A DNA stretch of 24,000 nt from Corticimicrobacter sp. (GTDB lineage Bacteria > Pseudomonadota > Gammaproteobacteria > Burkholderiales > Burkholderiaceae_B). The DNA lies in NCBI RefSeq assembly GCF_040137905.1, contig NZ_JBEFDG010000021.1, forward strand, positions 16,990 through 40,989, in the 5' to 3' direction. Below, piece after piece: positions 1 through 7,803 of this stretch; the first letter of the stretch is position 1; each line of letters opens with the position of its first letter. The notes below the pieces were generated by a model. The model ran no database searches and was not told the origin of the DNA. It worked only from the letters and a program-made list of their open reading frames with translations. Position numbers and translations under genes: made by a program.

Positions 1-856
1 CGCCGGGGGCAAAGCCGCTGCCGCTGTCCTCCACCGTGAATTCGGCAAAGCCGTTGCCGCCGGCATGCACGGCGATGCGCAGCGTGCGTTCGGCGGGAGG
101 CACCTGGCGCAGCGCGTCGAGGGCGTTGCCGACCAGATTGCCCAGCACCTGTTGCAGCAGTATGGGGTCGGCGTGCACGGCAGGCAGGCTGTCGGGAAGG
201 TCGAGCAGCAGGCGTATCTGCTCATGTTCGAGCTCATGCGTGTACAGCGCCAGGGTCTCGTGTATGGCATGTGCCGGAGCGATGGCCTGGGGGGCGGTCT
301 TGCGGGCCTGGGTGACGGCACGGATGCGGGCAATCACTTCACTGGCGCGATGGGCGTCGTCTTCCATGCGCCGGGCCGCCTGGCGTGCCCGGTCGAGATT
401 GGGCGGCGTCTGGTCGAGCCAGCGCTGGCATGCGCTGGCGCTGGTGGCGATGGCGGCCAGTGGCTGGTTGACCTCATGGGCGATAGACGCAGCCATTTCG
501 CCCAGGCTGGTGGCGCGGGCGATGTGGAACAGTCTGTTCTGCGTCCGTTCGGCGGCGGCACGCGCCGCCACGGCCTTGAGTGCCAGGTGGGCGGTGATGC
601 CGATGGCCAGCAGGCTGATGGCCAGATTGACCAGGCCGGTATCGTAGGCACCGGAACGGGTCAGCGCAAAGCTGGCCAGGGTGAGCAGCACGGCCAGGGC
701 GGTCAGCAGGCGCGTGGTCCTGACCGGCAGCAGCGCGGAGGCGGCGAGTATGGCCAGGATATAGAACACCGCGACCGCGATTTCATAGCGGGTCAGGGTA
801 TCGGCCACGAAGATGGCTGCCATCAGGGCAAGCAGTGCGACGGTCTTCAGGATCAT
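1..856 (-). CDS. Sensor histidine kinase, N-terminal ~285 codons only (C-terminus runs off the left window edge); multi-TM N-domain plus HisKA/HATPase_c
   Basis: Absent from the ORF track because it is open to the window edge. My reverse-complement translation from ATG 856-854 reads MILKTVALLALMAAIFVADTLTRYEIAVAVFYILAIL ... SLGEMAASIAHEVNQPLAAI (H-box) ... PILLQQVLGNLVGNALDAL (N-box) ... TVEDSGSGFAPG (G1), with no stop down to position 2. GAGGA lies 9 nt upstream of the ATG. The plus-strand ORFs here (36..647, 65..1135) are Arg/Gly-rich shadows. Confidence 0.85.
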   Translation of the reverse strand, partial: MILKTVALLALMAAIFVADTLTRYEIAVAVFYILAILAASALLPVRTTRLLTALAVLLTLASFALTRSGAYDTGLVNLAISLLAIGITAHLALKAVAARAAAERTQNRLFHIARATSLGEMAASIAHEVNQPLAAIATSASACQRWLDQTPPNLDRARQAARRMEDDAHRASEVIARIRAVTQARKTAPQAIAPAHAIHETLALYTHELEHEQIRLLLDLPDSLPAVHADPILLQQVLGNLVGNALDALRQVPPAERTLRIAVHAGGNGFAEFTVEDSGSGFAPG

Positions 857-891
857 CGGCAAGGTTCCTCATGTCGTTCGGCGGACAGACG

Positions 892-1620
892 CTATTCCGT
901 GGTGCTGGCGCTCCAGAACGCCTGGCGGATGCCGCTGTTGCGGCGCAGTTTCGCCAGCAGGGGATCCAGTTCGTTGCCGCCGATCGAGGTTGGCAGCAGC
1001 GCGGCCTCGATCTCGATTTCCTGTTCGCCGAAGGCCCGGACCTCGATGTCGCGCAGCGGGATGCCGGCAGTATCGAAGGTCGATTCGATCAGGTGCAGGG
1101 CTTCCTTGCGGCGCTCGCGTTCGGCGATGGCATAGATGATGTAGGTTGCCTCCATGTCCTGGGTGTCGATCGGCTGTCGGTTGATGCGGTTGACGGCCGG
1201 GCGCAGCAGCGTGTTGGCAGCCAGCACGAACAGGGCACCGACGATGGCTTCCAGCAGCAGATCAGCACCTGCTGCGCAGCCGACGGCGGCCGAACCCCAG
1301 AGCGTGGCGGCGGTATTGATGCCGCGCACGCTGCCACCCTCGCGCATGATGACGCCGGCCCCCAGGAATCCCACACCCGAGACAACATAGGCAATCACGT
1401 GCACCGGGCTGGTATTGCCTCCGTGCAGTGTGTAGTAGCTGACGCCGACGTCCACGAAGAGTGCTGCGCCGGTGCAGACCAGCACGTTGGTGCGCAGTCC
1501 GGCCGTGCGCTGGCGGATCTGGCGTTCGATGCCGATCAGGCCGCCCAGGATGAAGGCGGCAGTCAGGCTGACGAGCGTGTCGGTCAGGGAGAGCAGGTTG
1601 ATGTATTCGAGGCTTTTCAT
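892..1620 (-). CDS. mgtC: MgtC/SapB family membrane protein
   Basis: 242-aa ORF. MgtC-type membrane domain (FILGGLIGIERQIRQRTAGLRTNVLVCTGAALF; GVGFLGAGVIMREGGSVRGINTAATLWGSAAVGCAAGA) plus a soluble C-terminal domain. Starts 12 nt after the mgtE stop on the same strand. Confidence 0.9.
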   Translation of the reverse strand: MKSLEYINLLSLTDTLVSLTAAFILGGLIGIERQIRQRTAGLRTNVLVCTGAALFVDVGVSYYTLHGGNTSPVHVIAYVVSGVGFLGAGVIMREGGSVRGINTAATLWGSAAVGCAAGADLLLEAIVGALFVLAANTLLRPAVNRINRQPIDTQDMEATYIIYAIAERERRKEALHLIESTFDTAGIPLRDIEVRAFGEQEIEIEAALLPTSIGGNELDPLLAKLRRNSGIRQAFWSASTTE

Positions 1621-1632
1621 GTGTTCAAGTGT

Positions 1633-3024
1633 CTACTGGCCCAGGGGGGCAGGTGCCAGCATGTCTCCAAGAAAGGCGTAGGCCAGGCCGAAGTAGATGA
1701 CCACGCCGACCAGGTCCATGATGGAGGTGATCAGCGGCGCGCTCAGCGTGGCCGGGTCGGTACCCATTTTACGTGCAGCAAATGGCAGCAGCGCGCCGAT
1801 GAGGCTGCCCAGCACGGTGCACAGCAGCATGGCCAGGCCAACCACCAGCAGGACCTCGCCCTGTACGCCCTTGCTGAAGTAGGCCAGTATGCTTTCGAGC
1901 ACGGCGATGGCGATGCCCAGCGCCAGTGCCACTGGCAGTTCGCGCCGGATCACGAACCACATGTCGCGCCAGCGCAGCCGGAAATCGCCCAGTGCCATCG
2001 ATCGGATCACCAGGGTGGCTGCCTGGCTGCCGGTATTGCCGCCGGTATCGATGATGGGCGCGATGAAGGCAGCCAGGATGATGATCTGCTCCAGCATTTC
2101 GGTCTGGGCGGCGATATAGGTGCTGGTCAGGATGCCGAAGCAGGTCAGGATCACCAGCCAGAAAGCGCGCACCTGAAACAGCTGGCGGAATGGGGACGTC
2201 CGCAGGTCCAGGTCATCGCCCTGCATGGCAGCGACCCCGCCGAAGCGGGTCAACTGAGTGGCATCTTCTTCCTTTTCCAGGGTCATGGCGTCATCGACGG
2301 TCACGATGCCGATCATGCGTTCCCCACCATTGATGACGGGCAGCGCCAGCAGGCCGTGGCGGCGGATCAGTTCGGCCGCCTGGCGGGCTGGCCATTCTGC
2401 ACGCACGAAGACCGGATGTGGCCGCATCAGATCGGCGATGCGGGCCTGGGGCTGTGCCAGCACCAGCTCGCGCAACGATAGCGTGCCCTGCAGGTGTCCT
2501 TCGGGGTCGAGCACATAGATGACATAGATGGTTTCCTTGTCGGGCGCGCTGGTGCGAAGCGCTGCCAGCGCTTCGGCCGCAGTCATGCCGGCGTTGACCG
2601 CGGCGTAGTCGGAGGCGGTCAGTGAGCCGGCCGAGCCTTCCGGGTAGGCTGCCAGCCTGAGCAGGCCATCGCGGTCGCCCTGGGTCAGGGACGGCAGCAA
2701 TCGGGACTGGGTGTCGGTATCCAGCCGGTTGTACAGGTCGGCCTGTTCGTCGGAGGGCAGCGCCTTGAACATGTCGGCGATGATCTGGTGGTGCAGGATG
2801 GGCAGCAGCAGGTCCTGCTCGAAGTCGGGCAGGTGTTCGAACAGGCGTGCCCGTCGGGCAGGGGCCAGCCAGCACAGCAGCAGGGCCAGTTGTTCAGGCT
2901 CCAGGTCGGACAGCGCTTCTGCCAGATCGGCACACTGTACCTGGTCGAAAATGCGTGCGAAGGCTGCGGCATCGCTGTGCTTGAGGGTGGCGCGGACGGC
3001 AGCCAGGAGATGTTCGCGGTTCAT
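1633..3024 (-). CDS. mgtE: Magnesium transporter MgtE
   Basis: The ORF-track ORF runs to 3141. I place the start at the internal ATG 3024 (MNREHLL...), which is preceded by GGAAAGGAA, giving 463 aa. It has an MgtE N-domain, a CBS pair (LLALPVINGGERMIGIVTVDDA) and the MgtE TM domain (APIIDTGGNTGSQAATLVIRSMALG; LITSIMDLVGVVIYF). The start choice is uncertain. Confidence 0.9.
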   Translation of the reverse strand: MNREHLLAAVRATLKHSDAAAFARIFDQVQCADLAEALSDLEPEQLALLLCWLAPARRARLFEHLPDFEQDLLLPILHHQIIADMFKALPSDEQADLYNRLDTDTQSRLLPSLTQGDRDGLLRLAAYPEGSAGSLTASDYAAVNAGMTAAEALAALRTSAPDKETIYVIYVLDPEGHLQGTLSLRELVLAQPQARIADLMRPHPVFVRAEWPARQAAELIRRHGLLALPVINGGERMIGIVTVDDAMTLEKEEDATQLTRFGGVAAMQGDDLDLRTSPFRQLFQVRAFWLVILTCFGILTSTYIAAQTEMLEQIIILAAFIAPIIDTGGNTGSQAATLVIRSMALGDFRLRWRDMWFVIRRELPVALALGIAIAVLESILAYFSKGVQGEVLLVVGLAMLLCTVLGSLIGALLPFAARKMGTDPATLSAPLITSIMDLVGVVIYFGLAYAFLGDMLAPAPLGQ

Positions 3025-3245
3025 GGATTCCTTTCCTGTCGATCTGGGCGCAGCGATCTCCGGATGGGGATTCTGCGGGCGGGTCATGACGCCTTCATGA
3101 ACGCCTGGGGGCGGCCATGCGCGGCGGCAGGGCACGCGCATCCACCGGCAGCGTGCCGGGCAGCTGCCGCAGGAGCGGGTGAGGGAGGGATGGGCTGTCG
3201 GCCGGTGTGGGAGGACAGCCCGCGCCGGAGCGGTCCGGCCGGCAA

Positions 3246-3338
3246 ATTATAGGAACCGGGGCCGTGGCGGCACCAGTATCCGGTGGCGTATCCGTGTCAT
3301 GCGCAGGGATGGCGCCGGTATACCAAGGTATACCGGCG
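3246..3338 (-). promoter_or_regulatory. Putative activator-dependent promoter/operator region of mgtE
   Basis: On the minus strand: perfect TATAAT (3251->3246) with a poor -35 (GGTGCC/TGGTGC); direct repeat CGGATAC-N5-CGGATAC (3294->3276) ending 24 nt upstream of the -10; tandem/inverted GGTATACC pair (3338->3313) further upstream. There is no experimental or comparative support. Confidence 0.35.
3313..3338. repeat. 26-bp dyad CGCCGGTATACC-AA-GGTATACCGGCG (12-bp perfect arms; also a tandem repeat of the self-palindromic octamer GGTATACC at 10-bp period)
   Basis: Read directly from the sequence. It lies 22 nt downstream of the beta-CASP gene stop and ~60 nt upstream of the candidate mgtE -10. 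It could be a U-tract-less terminator hairpin, a protein operator, or both. Confidence 0.9.
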
Positions 3339-3359
3339 TACAGGCATGGCTGTCGTTGC

Positions 3360-4718
3360 CTACAGAGTGAAGGCCTGATCCTGGCGTGGTACTGCAGCAT
3401 CCCAGCCGAGTTCGCGGCCGATGCGCATGCGCAGTGCCTCGGCGGCCTCCGGTTCGCCATGGACGATGAAGACGCGTTGTGGGGCGCGCCTGAATCCGGA
3501 CAGCCAGCGCATCAGTTCTGCCGCATCGGCATGGGCCGACAGCATGGGCAACTCGGAGACCTCGGCCCTGACCGGAATCCACTGGCCGAACATGCGGATC
3601 TCGCGGGCACCCTGCAGCATGTCGCGTCCGCGTGTACCGGCGGCCTGGAAACCCGAGAACAGTACGGTATTGCGATGATCCTGCGCGAAGGCGACCAGGT
3701 GATGCAGCACTCGTCCGCCCGTGGCCATGCCGCTGGCCGAGATGATGACCTTGGGATAGGCGTTGGCCGACAACGCCTTGGATTCTTCCACGGTGCGGAC
3801 ATAGGTTGCCACGCCGCAGGCCTGGGCGCAGGTGCCGGCCGATAGCCGGTGGTCCTCGTGGTGGCGGCACAGCAGTTCGCTGGCACTGGTGGCCATTGGG
3901 CTGTCGAGATAGACCGGGATATTGCGCAGGCGACCGCTCTGCTTGAGCTGCCACAGGTAATACAGCAGCGCCTGTGCCCGCCCCACGGCGAAGGCCGGGA
4001 TCACGGTGGTGCCGCCGCGACTCGCGGTACGTTCGATGACATCGCCCAGGGCAGTTGCCGGATCGGCATGGTCATGCAGGCGATTGCCATAGGTGGATTC
4101 GATGACGATGTAGTCGGCCTCGGGCACAGGTTCGGGATCGACCATCACCGGGTCGCCGTATCGGCCCAGATCGCCGGAGAAGACGATGGTGCGGCCTGCC
4201 CAGCGGATTTCGGCCGAGGCTGCGCCCAGGATGTGGCCGGCCCGCCGCAGTTGCAGCGTGGCCCCCCCGGGCAGGGGTACGCTCTGGTGCAGCGGTGCGG
4301 TGCGAAAGAATGACATCGCATGTTCGGCATCGTGCACGCCGTAGAGCGGCAGTGCCGGGCTGTGCCTGGAAAAGCCCTTGCGGTTGGCGTATTCGGCATC
4401 TTTTTCCTGCAGGTGGCCGCTATCCCTGAGGATCAGTTCGGCTACGTCACGCGTGGCTTCGGTCGAGACGATCGGCCCCCTGAAACCGTCGCGTACCAGG
4501 CGCGGCAGATAACCGGAATGGTCCAGGTGGGCATGCGTCAGTACCACGGCATCGATATTGCCGGCCTGTACTGGCAACGGAGCCCAGTTCTGTTCGCGCA
4601 GGTTCTTCAGCCCCTGGAAGAGGCCGCAATCGACCAGCAGGCGGTGATCGCCGCTGGACAGGAGGTGTTTGGAGCCGGTGACGGTACCGGCCCCGCCGAG
4701 TGAGCGTAATGTCAGCAT
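3360..4718 (-). CDS. MBL-fold beta-CASP family hydrolase (COG1236-like putative RNA-metabolising nuclease)
   Basis: HxHxDH motif THAHLDHSG, later beta-CASP-type motifs (VIESTYG, PAFAVGRAQ, LSAHAD), ~450 aa. Start set at ATG 4718 (MLTLRSLGGAGTVTGSKH). The 46 Arg-rich codons up to 4856 in the ORF track overlap the phosphoketolase 3' end and look like read-through. Confidence 0.88.
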   Translation of the reverse strand: MLTLRSLGGAGTVTGSKHLLSSGDHRLLVDCGLFQGLKNLREQNWAPLPVQAGNIDAVVLTHAHLDHSGYLPRLVRDGFRGPIVSTEATRDVAELILRDSGHLQEKDAEYANRKGFSRHSPALPLYGVHDAEHAMSFFRTAPLHQSVPLPGGATLQLRRAGHILGAASAEIRWAGRTIVFSGDLGRYGDPVMVDPEPVPEADYIVIESTYGNRLHDHADPATALGDVIERTASRGGTTVIPAFAVGRAQALLYYLWQLKQSGRLRNIPVYLDSPMATSASELLCRHHEDHRLSAGTCAQACGVATYVRTVEESKALSANAYPKVIISASGMATGGRVLHHLVAFAQDHRNTVLFSGFQAAGTRGRDMLQGAREIRMFGQWIPVRAEVSELPMLSAHADAAELMRWLSGFRRAPQRVFIVHGEPEAAEALRMRIGRELGWDAAVPRQDQAFTL

Positions 4719-7117
4719 GATGCGGGCTCCTGTTCGGGGGCGTCGAGATCGGAGGGATGGCCCTTGCCGTCGAGCGCGGCGCGCTCGCGGGTTGTCAGCA
4801 GCCTGTCTCGTGGCAGTCCGGCCAGTGTGACGGCGGCATCGACGGCATGCGCCCAAGTGCAGCGGTTGGCGAACAGCAGGCCCGCCGTATCGAGCGTGCC
4901 GCCCCGGCTGATGTAGCCCAGCGCGGTGGTGCCTGTCGGGCCATTGTCGATGCGACGCAGCACGCCCAGCATGGGTTCGGGCCGGGTGTGGCAGAGCAGT
5001 ATGCGCGGCAGTCCGGCAGGAAAGAGGGTCGCCAGCGCCGCGTCGCCGAGCACGAACTCCGCTTCGATGGCATCGCGTGGAATACGCAGGCGGCCCGGTT
5101 CGAGAATGACCGTGACGCAGGCAGATATTCCCTGGCGCGACAGTCGCCCGTGGGCCTTGATGGCCTCATCGAGCTGATAGGCACCGATGGCCACCAGTTG
5201 TACCTGTGCCTGGTCAGGGATGCCCACGACATGTGCAGCTCCTTCCCGGACCAGGGCCTGTGCGGCGTTGGCATCGAGCCGCTGGGGCAGGTTGCGCTTG
5301 GAGACGACCAGGCAGGCCACCTGGCCGCGTCCGGCATAGATATCGCGCAGGGCGGCCATGGCACTGTTGGAGTCCACGGGAAACAGTACGCGTGCGGTGT
5401 CGGACATTTCGCCGAGCAGCGCCTCGCCAATGGCCGGGTCCTGGTGGGACTGCTCGTTCTTGGCATTCTCCCAGGTATGCGAGGTCACGACCAGCGGCAC
5501 GCCGATCCAGCCCGGTGTCTGCCCGAGATCCCGCTGGTGGCGGGCAAAAATGATGTCCTGGCGCAGCTCGCCCAGCATTTTCATGGCAAAGGCTTCGTAG
5601 CTGACGATGAGGTTCAGCCCCGCCTTGTTACCCAATGCTGCGGCGGCCACGGCTTCCTCGTTCAGTGCCGTGATGATGGCTCCCTGCACCGATTCGGCGA
5701 TGCCGGGCTCGGGCTCGTTGACCCGGTGTTTCAGGTGCGCCAGCGTCTGGCCCATCTGGTTGCTGGCCAGTTCGTCCGGGTTGCCGACCCGGGGCCGCAG
5801 GCCCGGATTGGACTCGACCAGTTGCACGAACCAGCGATCCAGATCCTGCATGGCGCAGCCGGGCGTGCCGTCGGCTGCCACCCATGCCGGTTCGGGCAGG
5901 GATGGGGCCTGGGGGTGACGGTCGGCCAGCGGATGGCGGCTTTCCGGTGCGCGTTGCTGGGCTGCATGTACGGACAGTGTCTGGACCGCATGATCCAGCA
6001 TGTCGGCCGGCACGAACAGTTTGCGGGCAGCGTCGTTGAATGTGTCGCGGGCCTGGGCGCTGGCATGGGGGTTGCCGCCCAGCGGCAGGTTGTGCGCGGC
6101 GTTGGTGTCCGCTCCCGGAAAACCGTAGCCTTTGACCGTATCGGCAATGACATAGGGCAGCCTGGCCGGGTAGCATCGGCCAGGATCGGCAGCAAAGGCC
6201 TGCAATCCGTTTTCGGCCTGGAGAATGGCCCAGGCGAATGCGGCCGGATCACGGCCATCGATGATGACGGGGTCGAACCCATGACTGTGCATCTGTGCCG
6301 CCAGCCAGGGGGCACCGCCTTCCTGGGCGATCTGCGTGCGTTCCTCGATGCGTCGGCCATTCAGGATCATGACCGGCACCGACAGGCCGCTGTCTTCGGC
6401 GCGCCACCAGCGCGTGGCCCAGTCCGAGCCGCGTTGTTCCTCGAAGGCTCCGTCGCTCAGGAAGGCCACCAGGCTTTCGCCGGGCAGCGGCATATGGATG
6501 TATTGCAGCGAGGCAAAGCCCAGGTAGCCGCCTTCCGATATCGCGCCTGCCGTATTCGGGCCGGCATGGCTGCCCAGTGGCACGGCAGGGCGGCCATGGG
6601 CATCGACGGCATAGGAGTAGAAATCCGCTGCCAATTGCGACAGGCCGCGCTCGGTGCGATCGTAACGACCACGCTGTGCGTCGGAAACATCGCCGGTCAG
6701 CGCATTGACGGCTTCGATGGCTGCCACGCAATGGCCCTGGCCCATCAGCCAGCCACGCGTGGTACCGCTCAGGGCATTGGCCAGCAGATAACCGACGAAG
6801 GCCGGCACCATGTTGAGTGCGCCGCCGGTATGGCCCTCGGGCGTCGGCTTGAAGTCTTCTGCCCGCAACGGTTCGCCTGACAGCCTGACCCGCTGCGCAT
6901 AGGTCATGTGAACTACCGTCCACATGGCGGCACTGGCCAGTCGGTCGGCGGCAGCCAGCATGCGCCAGGCGGTGTCGGCGCTGGTGAATCGGCCGGTTTC
7001 CACGCCAAGGGCGATCAGGCCGGTCACGCGCTCGATGGTCTCAGGCGTGTGCTGGATCAGGCCGTAGCCTTGCTGCCAGTGATTCAGGGAGGGCTGGGTG
7101 TCTTTGAACGGCTGCAT
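4712..7117 (-). CDS. Phosphoketolase family protein (divergent clade, TPP-dependent)
   Basis: 801 aa. Blocks align by eye with XFP-family blocks: EGHTGGALN, GQGHC, ISEGGYLGF, LSDGAFEE, MILNGRRIEERT, VVTSHTWENAKNEQSHQDP. The stop TGA (4714-4712) lies inside codons 2-3 of the downstream beta-CASP gene. Confidence 0.9.
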   Translation of the reverse strand: MQPFKDTQPSLNHWQQGYGLIQHTPETIERVTGLIALGVETGRFTSADTAWRMLAAADRLASAAMWTVVHMTYAQRVRLSGEPLRAEDFKPTPEGHTGGALNMVPAFVGYLLANALSGTTRGWLMGQGHCVAAIEAVNALTGDVSDAQRGRYDRTERGLSQLAADFYSYAVDAHGRPAVPLGSHAGPNTAGAISEGGYLGFASLQYIHMPLPGESLVAFLSDGAFEEQRGSDWATRWWRAEDSGLSVPVMILNGRRIEERTQIAQEGGAPWLAAQMHSHGFDPVIIDGRDPAAFAWAILQAENGLQAFAADPGRCYPARLPYVIADTVKGYGFPGADTNAAHNLPLGGNPHASAQARDTFNDAARKLFVPADMLDHAVQTLSVHAAQQRAPESRHPLADRHPQAPSLPEPAWVAADGTPGCAMQDLDRWFVQLVESNPGLRPRVGNPDELASNQMGQTLAHLKHRVNEPEPGIAESVQGAIITALNEEAVAAAALGNKAGLNLIVSYEAFAMKMLGELRQDIIFARHQRDLGQTPGWIGVPLVVTSHTWENAKNEQSHQDPAIGEALLGEMSDTARVLFPVDSNSAMAALRDIYAGRGQVACLVVSKRNLPQRLDANAAQALVREGAAHVVGIPDQAQVQLVAIGAYQLDEAIKAHGRLSRQGISACVTVILEPGRLRIPRDAIEAEFVLGDAALATLFPAGLPRILLCHTRPEPMLGVLRRIDNGPTGTTALGYISRGGTLDTAGLLFANRCTWAHAVDAAVTLAGLPRDRLLTTRERAALDGKGHPSDLDAPEQEPASC

Positions 7118-7296
7118 AGGTCTCCTGGCTGTTTTGCGGCAGTACGGCTGTGCGGAATTGTTATGGTCTTGTGTTGGATGGTAATAACTTTACCGAAACG
7201 GCGGGGATCTGTCGCCGTGGCGCATGGATTGCCGCAAGACCCCTGCGAATCACGTTACTATCGGCTGTTTCTGATTGCTGCATCCGGTATTCCGAC

Positions 7297-7731
7297 ATGA
7301 ACAAGTACACCGTTTCTGCCCTCATTGCGATTGTGGCCGTGGTGGCCGGCCTGATGGCGCTGGGCCACTACGGGCTGGGCAATGATTCACAGGCGCGCAG
7401 CCTGCAGACCAACATGAAGCAGATCCAGCGCAGCTACAAGGCGGCTCTCAAGGCAGAGGACCTGCAGACGCTGCTGGGCAGCCTCCACGAGATGAAGGCC
7501 GCCGCCGCCGAGGCCCGCACGCAGACGCCGCGTTCCATCTATGGTGAGGCTGCCGACAGCAAGGACATGCAGGACTACACGGCAGGGATGGACCGGCTGT
7601 TGAAGCAGATCGATACGGCGGTCGATCTGGCCAGCCAGGGGCGCCTGTCGGAGTTGCCGGCGCTGTTCGACGATATGGATGCGGTCAAGGAAGAGTTCCA
7701 CGAACGCTTCGAGTCGATGATTCAGTCCTGA
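7297..7731 (+). CDS. cybC: Cytochrome b562 homologue with hydrophobic N-terminus (signal peptide or anchor)
   Basis: 144 aa from ATG 7297 (the ORF-track ORF starts at 7150, but the upstream part is non-coding-like). EMKAAAAEARTQTPRSIYGEAADSKDMQDYTAGMDRLLKQIDTAVDLASQGRLSE aligns with E. coli CybC [55 protein letters not shown] (from memory). Both candidate haem ligands are conserved: Met in LQTNMKQI and His in KEEFHERF. No obvious SD. Confidence 0.75.
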   Translation: MNKYTVSALIAIVAVVAGLMALGHYGLGNDSQARSLQTNMKQIQRSYKAALKAEDLQTLLGSLHEMKAAAAEARTQTPRSIYGEAADSKDMQDYTAGMDRLLKQIDTAVDLASQGRLSELPALFDDMDAVKEEFHERFESMIQS

Positions 7732-7803
7732 TCCGTTCTGGCGATCGATACATCCTGGGTATCTTCCACATACACCCTGCTCGCTCAGGGCAAAGACATT
7801 TCC

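Noticed and set aside
835-2481. Very long plus-strand ORF (548 aa), and similar ones at 65..1135, 4757..6880 (707 aa), 14660..15802, 18332..19882 (516 aa), 21047..22735 minus (562 aa) and 20709..21575 minus.
   Set aside because: All lie antisense to genes with unmistakable family motifs. Their translations are low-complexity Arg/Gly/Ala/Gln-rich strings, which is the typical stop-codon-poor shadow frame of GC-rich DNA.
3095-3118. Seven-codon mini-ORF in the mgtE leader (minus strand, MAAPRRS), reminiscent of the Pro-containing leader peptides of Salmonella mgtA/mgtCBR.
   Set aside because: It has no SD and its start codon is buried in a GC stem. An ORF this short is expected by chance, so I cannot support it without conservation or Ribo-seq data.
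3025-3141. N-terminal extensions of ORF-track entries (mgtE to 3141, beta-CASP to 4856, pgaD to 14891, b562 from 7150, ATPase from 23049, the 115-aa protein to 12975).
   Set aside because: The extensions are Arg/Pro-rich or cross promoter-like spacers or upstream genes. Internal ATGs with an SD or ATGA-type coupling give proteins of canonical family length.
3025-3250. M-box (ykoK) Mg2+ riboswitch upstream of mgtE.
   Set aside because: I could not recognise the conserved M-box core from memory on the minus strand. It is left as an open question for a covariance-model scan rather than a call.
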